Counted from the first letter of the stretch, positions 33,101 to 38,399 are shown. The stretch is 64,000 nucleotides of DNA from an uncultured Gammaproteobacteria bacterium (GCA_964621305.1 CAZUOM010000001.1:165448-229447); one strand, 5' to 3'. Made by a program: numbers and translations. The notes: generated by a model from the sequence alone, not told the origin.

Positions 33101-36100
33101 ATCCTTGTCTCAAGCTTCCTGCGGAAAGCCCTGCGGCGCCCAACTGACTGGCGCACTGATCCGCACTTGCGCCGCCGGAAAACGCCGCAGCACACGCCAC
33201 TGCAGCTTGCAGAGAATTGACGGTCGTATCTGCCTTTTGAATCAAAGCTTTTGCATTGGGATTAAATGCCGCCTGCCTGGGTTGCGTCAGTCGCGCAAGG
33301 GAAACGCCTGCCATTGCCAGGGCAAGTTGACAGTTACCAGAACCGATTGATTCTTTACTGCAGACATCGGCAGCATTCCAAGAAAACACCACGGGTCCCA
33401 GATAGTGATTGATCCTTTCCAACGCTCCGGATATGCCCTTCGTAGGAACCAGACTCGGCTTGAGGGAATTGCTGACAGCTACGACTGCGTCGCTACTTTT
33501 TTCAACGAGAGCTAATTTTCCGCTTGCATTTCCGGCTTGGCCCACAAGTGCGAGTGCTCCCGCCGGTGCATTTTTGGCTACCTCAAGTTGCTTAATCCAT
33601 TTGGCTGTCTGGCTAATGCTCGTTGCGCTGGAGAGTCCGGCAAACGTCGTCATCATGGCTGAGCGCGCGCACTCTCCTCCGTCCATCTCATGCCCGAATG
33701 CGCACGCATGGGCAGTCTGTTGGAGGCTGTCGCCGGTAAAGTAGAGTCCGACCGCTGACCCGCCCACATTCAAGGCAACGGGAACGGACAAAATTTTTGC
33801 TCCGGCTTTGGCCAACTGAAAGAGTTGACCGCCCGGAGCTACCAACGCCCACGTCGACAATACCGGTTTTCCGTAGCTCATTCCCCAACCACGAACCATA
33901 TCCAGCCGTGCAACTGCCTGATTTTCCTTGGTTTCATTCGGATCCCACATCCTTCTTTCAGCATCCTTTATCAAAAATTGTCCCTGCAAGTATGATCCGG
34001 AGGTAAAATTATTAACCCCTACAACAAAGTGTTCCGCAAGATTAAAATTGTCAATATCTTTTTTCACCCGCACAAAATCCGCTTTGCCGGCAAAGATGTC
34101 CTTTGCGTTAACTCCCTCCCCTTTGGCAGACAGAATATTGGCAACGCTATCGCGCACAGCTCCCATGGCGATGAACTGCTCAACGAGAAATTGTTTGTCA
34201 GTTTTGCCGGCATTGTCTGGGTCGCTACTCCACTGCTTATAGGCAAGAGCATTTTTCCTCTCTTTTTCTAAATTGGCACGGTCTTCTGCCGATAGTGTGG
34301 CGGCATACGTATCGACGACGCGCTCAACGCTTGTTGGCGCATTATCTTTTGTTCTCGCAAGATCCTCCCGTAACCGTATCGCATTCACTGCTCCAGAAAG
34401 CACCCCGCGCCGCAGCCACCCTGGGTCTGCTGATATTGCGGCAGATACTTCGCGCGACACTAAGGCCCCAGTGGCAGCTTTGTCCTCCATCTCAATTGCC
34501 GTAGCAAGCTCTCGGACGACTTCATCGCGGGAGGTTGATTTATACCGTTTTGCGGCCGCTAGCGGATTGTAATATTCAGCGTCCCTAGTGATTAGTTCGG
34601 CGGCAAAGCCCCACTCTGCTTGTTTGGCGGGGCTAGATCCCAAAAGCTGCGATCCTCCTTCTACAACCGGAAGCATCTTGAGAGCATTGAACGTCTTGAC
34701 AACCGCGTTATCTATGAAGCTCAGCGACCGTATGTTCTTATCAACGCGCAACATATCGACTTCTCCCCGCAGCACCTGGCTCAAAATAATTCCTTGAGTA
34801 TCGTCGCGGATTGCTCCGATATCTCGAAGATCCACTTCACGCAAAATGAGGGCTTTAAGTTGTTCGAGCTGGAATTTTTCAGGCGTTGCGTCGATTTTCC
34901 CTCTTTTCCAATCCCTGTAAATGGAAGATTTTTCAACTGCAGCCAACTGGCGCAGCCTCTCGGTCTGACTCTGGGCCGCCAGCAGCGAATCTACTCGCAT
35001 ATCGATAAACGAGTCCCCACCTGCAGTCCGTACCAGAGCGCCGCCAGTGATATCGTTGAGTGTGCTTCCGAGCCAAATGAGCGGATGTTTGCCAAAATCT
35101 CTTGCTTCAGTCATGTGCTTCTCAATTTCAGTGGGAAGTCTTTCCCCTCTTTTCCATTCCGACACTGCTTGCTCTTCCTGACCTAAATTTTTTAGGCTGT
35201 TCCGAATGCGGTTAAGGGCATCTTCTTGGATCTTTGTAAATTCTTCTATAGATAACGCGCTACTGCCGGAATCGGCCTTGTATTTCTCAAAAATTCTTTT
35301 CCTATTGTTCTGGACAAGTTGATTCTCCTCATCTATTGCCCGGATAAGATTGGCTCGTTGATTTTGTACGACAGCCGTGTCAAGCAGAAATCCTACCTGT
35401 TCTTTTTCCAAACAACTCGTCAAGCCAGTCCCCAAATTGCCTTTGCACGCCGCAAGCTTTTGGAGGACAATGTTTGCTTTGGAGGCTATAGAAAGGCCAC
35501 CAAAAGCTATATTCTCAAGTGAAGCTTTCGCCCCTTCAATCATGTCTGCGTGGCATCTGGCATAGTACCGGCTATCCTGCCCGGTACAAACGGTGTCAAC
35601 GATTGCTCTTGCCGTTCTATCAATTACCTCGGTAGAGTTCAAAAGTGTTCCACTGCCACATTCATAAATATTCGAATCGCCTTGAAACTGGATGTATCTA
35701 TCCGTATATCTTTGCGATACGCACGATCGTCTGACTGATTCTGCCGGGACGTAGGTCGTCCTGGTCTTCAAATCGATAGTCAACCCTTGATCCAACACGT
35801 TTTTGGTCGTTTCGGCACAAGTTTTTTCCTTTCCCGCGCAGTAGGATGCAATGGCCCGATTCTCCTGGGCAATCGGATCAACGCTCGATATGTTTCCTGC
35901 GGCGATAAGCTTCTCCTGTTTGGTCTCACATTCTTTCGGATCAATTCCAAGCGCCTCAAGCCGCCGACACAAATCTCGTGCAGCAGCCGCTCCCGCGTTC
36001 GGGGTAGTTTTCGTCCCGATCCCGTAGTCGACGCCAGCACCTGTTCCATATACTTTGTTATCAAATGATATGGCATAATCATGCGTTCCTTCTTTTTTCG

Positions 36101-38399
36101 AAAATGAGATCACTGCTTTGACCTTCTCGCCGTGCAACGAAAATGTCACCTCTTTCTTTACAGGTTTCGTAGGGTTTATTGTTGCCAATTCCGCGAGGCT
36201 TTTCTGATTCTGCGGACCGAGGATTTGAGCCAGTTGTATGAGACCGTTTGCTCCGGTATTTTCGGGGCTAATACAGTTGCCCGTCACCTGACAGGAAACC
36301 AGGGTACCGACGCGGTCGATAACTTTTTCTCGGTACAACTGGTCTAAATTCACGGATCCAGACACGGGAGCAGTGATTCCTGTTGCGGATAAGTCCTGCG
36401 ATGAGACTGTTGAAAGCTTGGCAGCTGGTTTTGTCTGATCGATCAAGAGCTCAATATCCGTCGACTCGTTCCAATACTTTGTCATTACAAACACGCCTTT
36501 GCCTTTTGTCGATTGATTGAAGTAGATCTTCGAAAAATCTATACCAGGAAACTTCTTCCTAAATCCACCGTCGCCCACTATGGCTGAAATGAGTTGGTTT
36601 TGCCGTTCGGTCAGTTTCGCGTTTGGTTTGGAAAAATACGTTTGCACTGTGGACGCCAGTTCAATTTCAGCTAGGGTAAAACTATCCCTCGCACGAGCTT
36701 GAGCCGGGGCCGCAACCGGCTTTGGTGCAACGGGCTTATTGGCTGTTGCAATAATGGCTGCAATTTCGGCCGGCGTTTTATTTTTTGCAGACTCTATCGC
36801 TTTGCATCCGACACTCTCTTTATTTTTACATACTGCTTCTTTTGTCGCCTCATAATCGGCTCTTGCCCATGCACCACAGTCAACTGGCGTACTAGATGCT
36901 TTTTTATACTGCTCGCAGGTTGTCTGTGTGGCAGCTTGTTGCATGCACGCTGCGTCAATACAGGGTTTGCGGTCTTTTTCCGGTATCGCAAGATACAAAA
37001 GCACTCGCGGGTCGTACTTGCCAAGAGAATCCAATGCAATCTTTTCTTTTGCTATGGTCGCCAGAAGTGATGAGTTCGGTACCGTTAAGCTCTCCCTCAA
37101 ACGATTGACTATATCGATATAGGCCCGATCCCGCAACGCTTTTTGGCTCCCGCTTGCTTGCCCCTCTGCCAATTTCCGATCAACGGCGTTGTATGCATCT
37201 TGAGCAACAGGCAAACAGCTAAAATCAGATCCGCCGGCAAGTTTACATGCGCCCCAAGCGGCTTTTCCTGCCTCACACGGAGCGCTACCAAAACACTCAT
37301 CCGGGGCTGTTGCCGGTACCACGACAGTCGCAGGCTTTATCGCGGTAGCGGCTTTCGGACTTGGCGTAGGCGCTTCGACTGGCCGGGGTGCTGGGCTTAT
37401 CGTAGGGGGGGTTGGATCGACTATCATTGCCATACCAGGACCCCGTCCTTTAGCCAGCGATGGGGCCAGAGACGGGGCGGCCGTCGGTTCGGGACTGGGT
37501 ACGGGAGATGGAGTCGACCCAAAACAACTCACCTGACAATCGCTCCTTTTCTGTTCAATACAGCTTAAGTAACATCCCATACTATTTACTTTTGAGATCG
37601 CCTGAGCGATTAACGACTCCGGGGCAGTAGGCGCTGCTGCAGGTTGCGTCGGCGGTGGTGTTGGTGCTGGTGTCACATCCGGCGGTTGACTCGGGGGAGC
37701 AGACGGACAGACCCACGCCCAAAGCGTCTCCGCCAGTTTTTGACAACTGGCAGCTCCATAAGAGCACGATGGGCTGCCGCCGGTACAATACTTTGGCACA
37801 TCGACAGCTGCCGCCGTCACGACAGGAGTCGGAATAGACTGTGGAGTAGGCTTCTCTATAACGGCGCATCTGCCGCCGTCAACCGTAGGAATGCACCAAC
37901 TGGCCTCCGCAGCACATTCACTCGTGGTGGAGGAATCACAATATGGCTCCCGCGGCTGCGGCGGTGGTGGAGGAGGAGGGGGCGGTGACGGAGGAGCAGG
38001 TGATTCAATTTGTTCGTAATTGCACCGTCCATGCCCGCCGCACCACGCACGGTATCCTGGCTTGTCGTCGCATCTCCCCAAGTCGACACCATCAAAAAAA
38101 CCGCACTCCCGGATTACCCGCGGCCTCTCATCAGGAGCCTGTGCTGGATTTGTCGGTAGCGGTGGTGGTGGTTGAGGAGGGGGCGGCGGAGGTTTTGGTT
38201 CTGGAGGTGGCCTCGGCGGTTGTGTGGCTGGTGGTTTGGGCGCAGGCGGCCGTTTTATTGCTGCAAAATTACGAATATCGCCAACAACATCGCGGTCCGA
38301 AATAACCTTTACGGTTAGCGGCATGGTCACAGCCACCATAACAATGGCAATCAAAGCGATAATTTGAAAAAAGCCCCTTTGGGACTGTGACGTACTCAA
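12153..38399 (-). CDS. giant multidomain membrane-anchored protein (8,748 aa; 26,247 nt; TTG start, TGA stop)
   Basis: Single uninterrupted frame. Layout, N to C: signal-anchor helix; Pro-rich (PPPPPPQPPPP) and Cys-rich regions; long coiled coils; SF2 ATPase motifs; intein; PD40 repeats; GHKL boxes; HEEGH; a multi-helix hydrophobic block; C-terminal SLT domain. Antisense ORFs from the track inside this span are shadow ORFs. Confidence 0.8.
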   Translation of the reverse strand: MSTSQSQRGFFQIIALIAIVMVAVTMPLTVKVISDRDVVGDIRNFAAIKRPPAPKPPATQPPRPPPEPKPPPPPPQPPPPLPTNPAQAPDERPRVIRECGFFDGVDLGRCDDKPGYRAWCGGHGRCNYEQIESPAPPSPPPPPPPPPQPREPYCDSSTTSECAAEASWCIPTVDGGRCAVIEKPTPQSIPTPVVTAAAVDVPKYCTGGSPSCSYGAASCQKLAETLWAWVCPSAPPSQPPDVTPAPTPPPTQPAAAPTAPESLIAQAISKVNSMGCYLSCIEQKRSDCQVSCFGSTPSPVPSPEPTAAPSLAPSLAKGRGPGMAMIVDPTPPTISPAPRPVEAPTPSPKAATAIKPATVVVPATAPDECFGSAPCEAGKAAWGACKLAGGSDFSCLPVAQDAYNAVDRKLAEGQASGSQKALRDRAYIDIVNRLRESLTVPNSSLLATIAKEKIALDSLGKYDPRVLLYLAIPEKDRKPCIDAACMQQAATQTTCEQYKKASSTPVDCGAWARADYEATKEAVCKNKESVGCKAIESAKNKTPAEIAAIIATANKPVAPKPVAAPAQARARDSFTLAEIELASTVQTYFSKPNAKLTERQNQLISAIVGDGGFRKKFPGIDFSKIYFNQSTKGKGVFVMTKYWNESTDIELLIDQTKPAAKLSTVSSQDLSATGITAPVSGSVNLDQLYREKVIDRVGTLVSCQVTGNCISPENTGANGLIQLAQILGPQNQKSLAELATINPTKPVKKEVTFSLHGEKVKAVISFSKKEGTHDYAISFDNKVYGTGAGVDYGIGTKTTPNAGAAAARDLCRRLEALGIDPKECETKQEKLIAAGNISSVDPIAQENRAIASYCAGKEKTCAETTKNVLDQGLTIDLKTRTTYVPAESVRRSCVSQRYTDRYIQFQGDSNIYECGSGTLLNSTEVIDRTARAIVDTVCTGQDSRYYARCHADMIEGAKASLENIAFGGLSIASKANIVLQKLAACKGNLGTGLTSCLEKEQVGFLLDTAVVQNQRANLIRAIDEENQLVQNNRKRIFEKYKADSGSSALSIEEFTKIQEDALNRIRNSLKNLGQEEQAVSEWKRGERLPTEIEKHMTEARDFGKHPLIWLGSTLNDITGGALVRTAGGDSFIDMRVDSLLAAQSQTERLRQLAAVEKSSIYRDWKRGKIDATPEKFQLEQLKALILREVDLRDIGAIRDDTQGIILSQVLRGEVDMLRVDKNIRSLSFIDNAVVKTFNALKMLPVVEGGSQLLGSSPAKQAEWGFAAELITRDAEYYNPLAAAKRYKSTSRDEVVRELATAIEMEDKAATGALVSREVSAAISADPGWLRRGVLSGAVNAIRLREDLARTKDNAPTSVERVVDTYAATLSAEDRANLEKERKNALAYKQWSSDPDNAGKTDKQFLVEQFIAMGAVRDSVANILSAKGEGVNAKDIFAGKADFVRVKKDIDNFNLAEHFVVGVNNFTSGSYLQGQFLIKDAERRMWDPNETKENQAVARLDMVRGWGMSYGKPVLSTWALVAPGGQLFQLAKAGAKILSVPVALNVGGSAVGLYFTGDSLQQTAHACAFGHEMDGGECARSAMMTTFAGLSSATSISQTAKWIKQLEVAKNAPAGALALVGQAGNASGKLALVEKSSDAVVAVSNSLKPSLVPTKGISGALERINHYLGPVVFSWNAADVCSKESIGSGNCQLALAMAGVSLARLTQPRQAAFNPNAKALIQKADTTVNSLQAAVACAAAFSGGASADQCASQLGAAGLSAGSLRQGLGERGKTVGSRVGLEKALADIDALTAAPEQLPERLQEAKTRLRAAIIDTGKAEAQAHAMARELSIKEENRTRVEREFDKAAKRWNSLFEKDGSLRVSNNLESLITPEKVDAARSALYAADAAVRQEAAIRTSPGNFIRQAVDRASGNADYKDFEAKRKAFEEIAKKPDADATAYKEAFTRLADARQKLESREWTKSQREVMDELKQLQKDQAEREEAYQKLVQENRSEKDAQEFTKRADQQVELAADWDSANKKIAVLEKEFTASGGLRRKVAEVFIGTKRNPGPLVAATVAIGDGVSGQSLKKSALDAKARMVASHEAREILERRIDLLKSEGKPVAADLEKALESAKSNEKAADELYNRAKKQTDESIRIKLGKTIDNIINRGEGAARQKLADTTGRLGEVAKQLRDDGFRIQRKDTGELELVSLDGKNEPKPEAKARLTEVSALLGEIETIWSDELSRKTGNQEQRKMVGPNEERADQSGIFYDAVFDASVKDDITGVLYDGSTGLGKSAFLLNAIADVKAKLTGSKVHVMATTFADVQGMMAQYPPEVHARNGVKAVYYDIQNRQVTYVDGKGNRKTVGGSEGAAAMASSDVVYSATADTPYEHHASRASDELSRAFLSATKDSILLIDEFDMILASTRFSSGGKKILVVDSNPEIVKAFEEIYHSQEVKDFVDAGITEKQQGGRSKLFIDDQGGVRLSADNKAQEMRLKMVLKAAEQSYNRTKSQSDPAFETWAQEKHITHYENGNRRVIPEEIIAQLNVYRNAPDAPRPFVQDLSVRLSVVNAIIADVGRPSNSYGRPSPGADLVYGDGTGRLQNTRPQDAYAALSLDTVGNRIQEALNNRPISHEDAGKQTSRVTVSEQGETTTWKQIIASGHYSQRVYGFSGTPDGVVLDARLSLGMEMKAFQPDRSSVEQIFGQINRTRDFTWKEIDSTEKIAVKELQKGEAARVILDAVDTDRRILERKIVDEGKKMGEDVEVIIINNDNTIAESEKVRVYKNGNPDHSIVGREGRTALEEFLRQYEVGSRGDRRFILVYTQGSGRGTDIAGVFRKGDVPRSGRSSASSDAQYIIASKYKTTKNGLVQDIGRAREIASDATVYVLGEADASYTLADAEKIFDQNEGLAAKDQGPRQGTRQEALTHSLAQGYDDLVKNTIDQLVLESNEQSFVDRLFRRKPRSFVLDADGKPVDVSQKWKSLYDRVAGGSDSLSNGLESGAATIDRAAARAREFINGLKDTPEFGLLSDRAKEFYYDRIYNSGKRTEIALIENPSLSFNPEAVRGKNLQDAVRIDDRTAIINSKVSQSDIAASIVRQGAETPVRLGPQEVPASTPSPLEIFDNIASARPDLARQADVEFSDRNIPDTLRQSSKQEAVELAQRFAQWKPHEKLTPGDVAVFIEINARLTQNNLPSLQLGKDILQDPELFLALYRFLVRARNAAAQLPPGSQEKIGELNDKISTYEQTFGIADGSLPSFRFTAISVASGHTVKEIDARLEAAYGFFEPSLGQAIINVSNVEHPDGFARTAFEEAFHGARMGKSGYGLYGQPISLEEASVRWFARKLGLHTLQYETPFIDGFGKLVDVIGEADAYQIARLGQWEKARDLYESKRGIGTYLRDFSDINDQRFLQLTGFLFSQPESLEGEVRTDTSAPSPGKDRREAIKRASAVIFRWEQVRAQERSEEDQAVLLAGIAAAYESADSDIVKQADQWKDAYRNAAKHRVAEGAVDAVVNEEVAVARELLANPDIDLESAVGEGRLDSSSKRILTILTASYRATKQGGQVQQWPTFRKFFNFTLSDDQLRTAYGIDVAKETAGRFGWMGARGPIGKWTNAAFFGLGRGGRLFNWTYATSPAGWAETSRFVITRSPIGWFLLPKFGIWSFGYDIARSVNWVWQNVRPQPAPPSASAAQANVQASQVHSVELALEDGLVIAKDASDNVIAVIPRIPDPNPGIVEAIRSKIPLPIIGAPAPLRWGNPVVFKEGTAVRTHVGVYAMRKLGDKSVLNRGEDVIAQAQGLGKADPIEGTKIPITNHTQLKYIVANYSWFKLLGSGLVYWGNLAGRGGSGHPALFPEALFEPVTPTTDTPTGPESITAQPAEKAQSDTDRAVKVFNDLSDQAKELGIAVPIVNQADLASIQNGINELRTRLEQVRKLNEVLDLIRGDNIGLNDEWKKVGENALKKTSDKNEVVNSIRGAILTSKDVADKIAKLTADERARVQEAARERAQQIYEIVVSKQQASISQAEQHIERVLSDKGNFLYYGEWKEVAQNAKRYPFPYAVGFVKAAIQDALKEEIAILGEAVWNSKYDQRVEKLARQIAHEVLPAEPLALKPGQQQIPLAPGEVAEQARQAEQARPVTPRTPAGAVPEARLPECVTGDTILRRRRRKSKIKDQKVKIGGGDGDWKTRDLLTQWSLLRRVIAIIGSIAESFGFGDVVLSGRGFGGMTPPAVDILKREINCQQEKDSKQCSQNIDEVDRIYLGDIHTSSFLTMTSSMYQKATEDVNPNVRNAASAPLAAMGATTNPANRTWPMSWQIPESDRSWSGESRNGLAINTRCGTDGDDTATLGLLSMMVCGMLRNVGGLDEDWLAGHSLDEGWEDVRIDEIEEGDEILTLDERSGCLVPAYVNKLLVKGMQDVYKLSTLLGRKIETTSTHPYYRETSRPSVKRKIAVFIDDANVFYAQRRAGWRVSWKKFLRLLSASGDIVYAGYYVGTPEGKLKTQAASYISDRATEGYRVVTKPLKKIITNPKTGAFIYKCNFDVEMAWDIQSYLASVTDVVVVSGDSDFVNLAKQIKSQGKNFTMMCFEQNAAWEIRKIPHLFIEKLRVWLDKGGKKAPLARGEETVYILSNRMDHVKGGQWCRVSQLRVGDRIAVAGAGHAFYDTVVSIEKVGRKEVFDIEVEGTHNFVANGIVAHNTTVRTEYRINPKLDPLVQLATSRSLHDDELTQLTLNEIDELERRLSKRFANEKKDRSKRIMEENISVVREIKSIITLVESLSFGIVNHEDNEKISALEVWMARHEQEYKADVFSFGFAARAAIPQIGGFGAVSDIWNLLRASDETLVEEKEQLPILRLNNNGPTHEEVLASKTAFAYQTETFGGIDYDHYVWAVQRLHSGQVDGKTLTTLLSQLGLSINLTGKDAAQAIFESLSRTGFTPEIINLVNAGTFEDPLTDVDISFQSGRQKVQGIAETVSNSRDALVPEAIIGQFSKGVKQNLGWLEPNGKDTLFVLTANGGKFFVQSFIRAPSGQYFISPAKEISKEEFRDKAQAQITAFEKESGQPFTHGTIFALRLSTPLVKQTTPENFITQEEIDRRLRERFPFETRVRLTTQVGDAGTHRVNGHEHKRIIVPAGRKLPDPKEVDKRHIFVFVNEQGTTTVDNGTGMDAGVFTRMMVSKTGTKTPGPLDIEAELDRMMIVSDDTLPHAVSFARNGEVIETVVIPETLAESSTMPGGLMIELGRLFEVSEARDLVNIPQSNNPGEITAFEQGVMHLVNLLVEYAQRPEIGPEQKAEYLTIINTMIVGLEGIEHGNPEAIAAVASIRTKTMKAIEPIIGSLADRYIVVPDDGQFTKLAIPTGKTALFLHPKIFAWEGATSLVKQFGAKPIRGLELANGAQIVVAPFTDASFDHVRKVKEDWWTVPERDRLPIIITDRVVVIPPELGMRRLLEIIDKKISRSQSDLEEKELAGLIERINIVTSSRVVTSYEKVPTSPSIALSLADFVRSEGEIDSAAINRYLVDPPKEAVAGVTHTLPPVGTKVNAFLTSEGTLIDLYSGRLVVDNSGNTLGQKSRVKKIDFLPGNHTEVLFEDGTLVLYRVAPAGWTEITRADPGFVFEYSPDKQWVYVKVPGWDIIGSVIHLLPENEKRYWAESEFSTTGPAASKNIYGNVSFSPTSTYLTYLEVDSNHRTETNLSIVNLKKPDQKPLSVSLQIPSSWLASDTRGEILKNVTVSQAINPYADVAYVALNYKGKRSMQLVDLATGRVLITDAKHLMTEPTGRLTMAIGYNDKIKAVLSSDGVSHTQLPDGTPIESVISFFGSGGLSGVGSINPKDGKLYLYNDAAKGFIAGDPALDYLNKNALFAVSFSETDVRYFSFPGVGTRISLAPNELDLLGQRGNGTVYLDADNKLIIDTRIPTVKRAYHAHVLPGTNPAPLEFGDVAVMGSIGDTLLVWRRPHVVVMANVGGGTSQQQYTGAWDGQAGGFFVRASPGDNGQYILMRLNTASPSPRVLPGLSETDYPEVIFDGKYFVFTNSDTKKAAYLDPAKPDDIMFVSLDAAAGETALAEQPMLVAIQNGILIHAETKKPILFSGTAKSVDNVEWVKPIGKGYFRYKDKKMHTEILLHIRGYVAEVLTGSLKGEELLVSSNQQWVYGRGYKIAVNTKTGQKHFLTNNFKTNAPSVVNEQVIQNSVQFTSDGKYLIYQTEDTASKDQHTFIIDAVSGSILNTNTSVSSLKEPVWRIHPHAPVMLFQDRDRIILWDLKNGQQIEGKHIRVDSSGAYAVVVDKNDRVGIYLIGSGRDVIWQMPNRKSITQAVTTFYIDGSVDVFVTDEDGKIWILENGAFVNQFGTKPRIKILLRLFYTNNYVVIFYLFDANNINTHSLPAKPYGDLGPLQQTGDANVYYDANLGLIMDSSHPSKLTAINPSTGQINTTFFKGTIVSYSEKRNAIFIDRDGKLTEVNNGNFVGRDFGYALDINKRYLVRKGALDRFFFVDLGENTPEVELKAAAGMTNVVFDGRYFVFSNHTTGAIMYMKPDDPSALLSAAEVAAQADAANQSAITTIRPPTAPNRLVITKDGSGSYRLFDTDNKQPFGKEYVEVTRLGKNSFFVIEKQTGEQRLLTFDDTKPLSMALPVVDEVIQPGYKLVRVSEDVALFRGIFGTGIRHKAVLLHDIKQDLTTNMGSVASDSRIELSASGKYIVYVNDKSELVFNNSNNFILQDRIGDMGAIDSYSVHTYADVVIVKLKSGKYALFSLDKKDYVAWTPANPADHIEIDSTGKFIIGKNSLPSGVSVSISKIDGENVGIEMDNIFVSSDDEHDYVVVEIGSGPSYQVAKFSRQDGTRKDVYTFKNLNKFLASDMLPRFWERYDKDQKSIWDRSSDRVVRSPSSELSLTYSSNPPTFGARLNFRLEGDYVVEQVEKSSGPETRLVDLLSGSETNFIAGWWDTVGLTRLPTSEPDEWFGRNRAAPYGRAQIVYVGKGNLASGEEYITVDGKYSLMRTLGGWRVQNTTGPENVIAPSIPGGYSLMEANGDTFVLASESDPNDVRFVNPAALLVQRQRFPAQNEADIAAKQKLYDTWKSEVLSKRNDRIALIRSGYQPLLDAAPEEYRGNIEQKITSTLSQLYQAEDAEFRRRFTAHVQGGQLDTTTQLPFDNIAPRFRRMTDLAKAHMDRVGPLLHQESAAVRKNYIVNLFSSLVSLVADPAIPVDGWNEAMLEVLALGWQVKSAQHATLLPTLSNFLNSYREAVNNTAGAREKLVRMWDAAVDAGGAEKLGVILDQLGKITTKDPQVRDDYFRQMATALNKPSSAELADFVRAPQPDNKLGPARGFAIFLTNRVPELPTRERLVYEGSEIALPQDGAYLTQLIAKNANRTNKQGNEVMDTEELFSDIDSLPPKDPEGEERLAVEARTKRPPGTYTTEAVQNAQDATVDNSRGELTIAYYLEDGPLGKESVEEFYDDGTGADKELVLLLRKSTKKKGLQEASGGFFGSGLDSYYEGVDRVEFVNNNGKLAYQFTVTVDRDKNGRYVGRRVTGVRRIRDSRVKQGLLVRRIRNADRTIAELDQYLAVESWRENTAMAQTDRFAISLINEKGAKEAIYDMKNTEKLTEVPLNNFGLLRMTQTKGLFSKVVDAGGRKVSDIPDSYKALIPKTLWPLIDELGLVIQIPLPLIQGRTSFAHEEDYLPTIQKYIAIEFYKALAYKALTQTNPEFTFYGLPTDWDQNDDYWRVMENHYSAELIELKTKINAADYAGISNSQLMKYLETTTGAAPYADAHIPLMTLVNVSVSRRGELTTESLFGRRIAVLGARKEASQRAEEMRKKFGVKKTEVPNKQDIPNFEARVTMAAGIETGHEQMRHPQDFVVEPKTPDEFFLLAIALHNYAPLGYRRVFLVNESVSFAGAFNGDEVYLNRSLARDLGRAHGTLTHEEGHALEPEAIHLLPLGGKPGGIIVTHSSGFTHQSIGMFADAMKYAAAMTLFHHIPYNQVLPVAAVAAVAADKTSCSVCSSFLRVVFAAAGNIKDLGRQGKMVEMLALSRSTASYIKDHLGNQLTNFLLQRKKNMIAFGVAQLSQQLATADGLAAAGRIGDAQRKYLAALRLARGLAKTTLQEQVKAHDDDLTRLSYAVANVMSVRLSVPSSQPKTWRQPCLSLQLVPRALAQDDGQRGDPCATMPALILDTIGRAAHFAANTALFVLPGAATPWRADPADPSISLRQRATATFFEVLGLFAIPLAIQAGGIAPNPADIDVFQTWGPIGGYGIARLWYHASFGRVGQMIGDAKVIPVNLFSIARQVVSFAKDVLRFGTPEFLHPDKGISDAEGKVRNWMDVALPAAGAVISFFNPQWDFWQMPLAGYMFSRTINTMWHGLQNLSRLQDDCSGRAFLISKVHAAGTSASGEGQSIGKSIVCAIARSIYFATHLTEVVEQAGNGNTPVRMILLRIVPGSFVALAFCWDAREPLHQRLCANFIPIDPSPTHHRDEEVIRLTRPHLMPKVFAPSPKRSLPDINQRHQDLVALLTKLYPQAGLGTMSETLGIIQIADLFGIPPEILMAQIHRESLFGRYVHGNGYFGLMQIGQDAAGDMTRRLPEFISNMPEGPQRLEVARVHKRLVEQKDYWKRDPTANILIGSMYMAWIKNYIASSVAPEFSEATQWALTVGRYNKGKLIDRAVASCLKTEKSTCRTIDKSQIKWEHISKSEHLLYSSKFLFGETIGIRFANEAGVYVADVLGNAARLRTLMMTSDNEFKLIEQRYTQKDLKNLLFPDVTPVSGTKR
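12480..12900 (-). other. C-terminal lytic transglycosylase (SLT) domain of the giant protein
   Basis: ILMAQIHRESLFGRYVHGNGYFGLMQIGQDAAGD ... VGRYNKG, i.e. the ES ... GLMQ ... Y-N-x-G signature of family-1 lytic transglycosylases. It is preceded by about 5 hydrophobic helices. Confidence 0.6.
14683..14697 (-). other. HExxH zinc-metalloprotease-like motif in the giant protein
   Basis: GTLTHEEGHALEP. Motif only; the surrounding fold was not recognised. Confidence 0.3.
15950..16230 (-). other. GHKL-type (Hsp90 or histidine-kinase-like) ATPase motif block in the giant protein
   Basis: N box EAVQNAQDA, G1 box FYDDGTGAD, G2 box ASGGFFGSGL, in the canonical order and spacing. Confidence 0.4.
18000..22500 (-). 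other. array of PD40 or TolB-like beta-propeller repeats in the giant protein
   Basis: Recurrent F/V-x-x-DG-K/R-Y-x-x-F/Y units, e.g. VVFDGRYFVFSNHTTG (about 18870), VIFDGKYFVFTNSDTK (about 20360), QFTSDGKYLIYQTEDT, ELSASGKYIVYVNDKS. Confidence 0.45.
24633..25103 (-). other. NYN (LabA-like) nuclease domain in the intein's endonuclease position
   Basis: IAVFIDDANVFY ... VTDVVVVSGDSDFVNLAKQI, the two NYN/PIN-like acidic motifs. No LAGLIDADG, HNH or GIY-YIG motifs are present. Confidence 0.55.
25269..25962 (-). other. about 230-aa basic and Cys-containing insertion splitting intein block A, flanked by duplicated GDTIL / GDEIL motifs
   Basis: CVTGDTIL is followed by RRRRRKSKIKDQKVKIGGG...; block A resumes at EEGDEILTLDERSG-CLVPAYVNKLLVKG...VYKLSTLLGRKIETTSTH, which aligns with the N-terminal region of the Mxe GyrA intein (sequence recalled from memory, not verified). 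Confidence 0.4.
29800..31600 (-). other. SF2 helicase or SecA-like ATPase module inside the giant protein
   Basis: Walker A GSTGLGKS (about 31563-31590), motif II ILLIDEFDMILASTR (about 31190-31225), motif III-like GFSGTP, and motif VI QDIGRAREIA (about 29830). Confidence 0.5.
38301..38369 (-). other. N-terminal signal-anchor TM helix of the giant protein
   Basis: Residues 11-33, FFQIIALIAIVMVAVTMPLTVKV. Confidence 0.5.
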
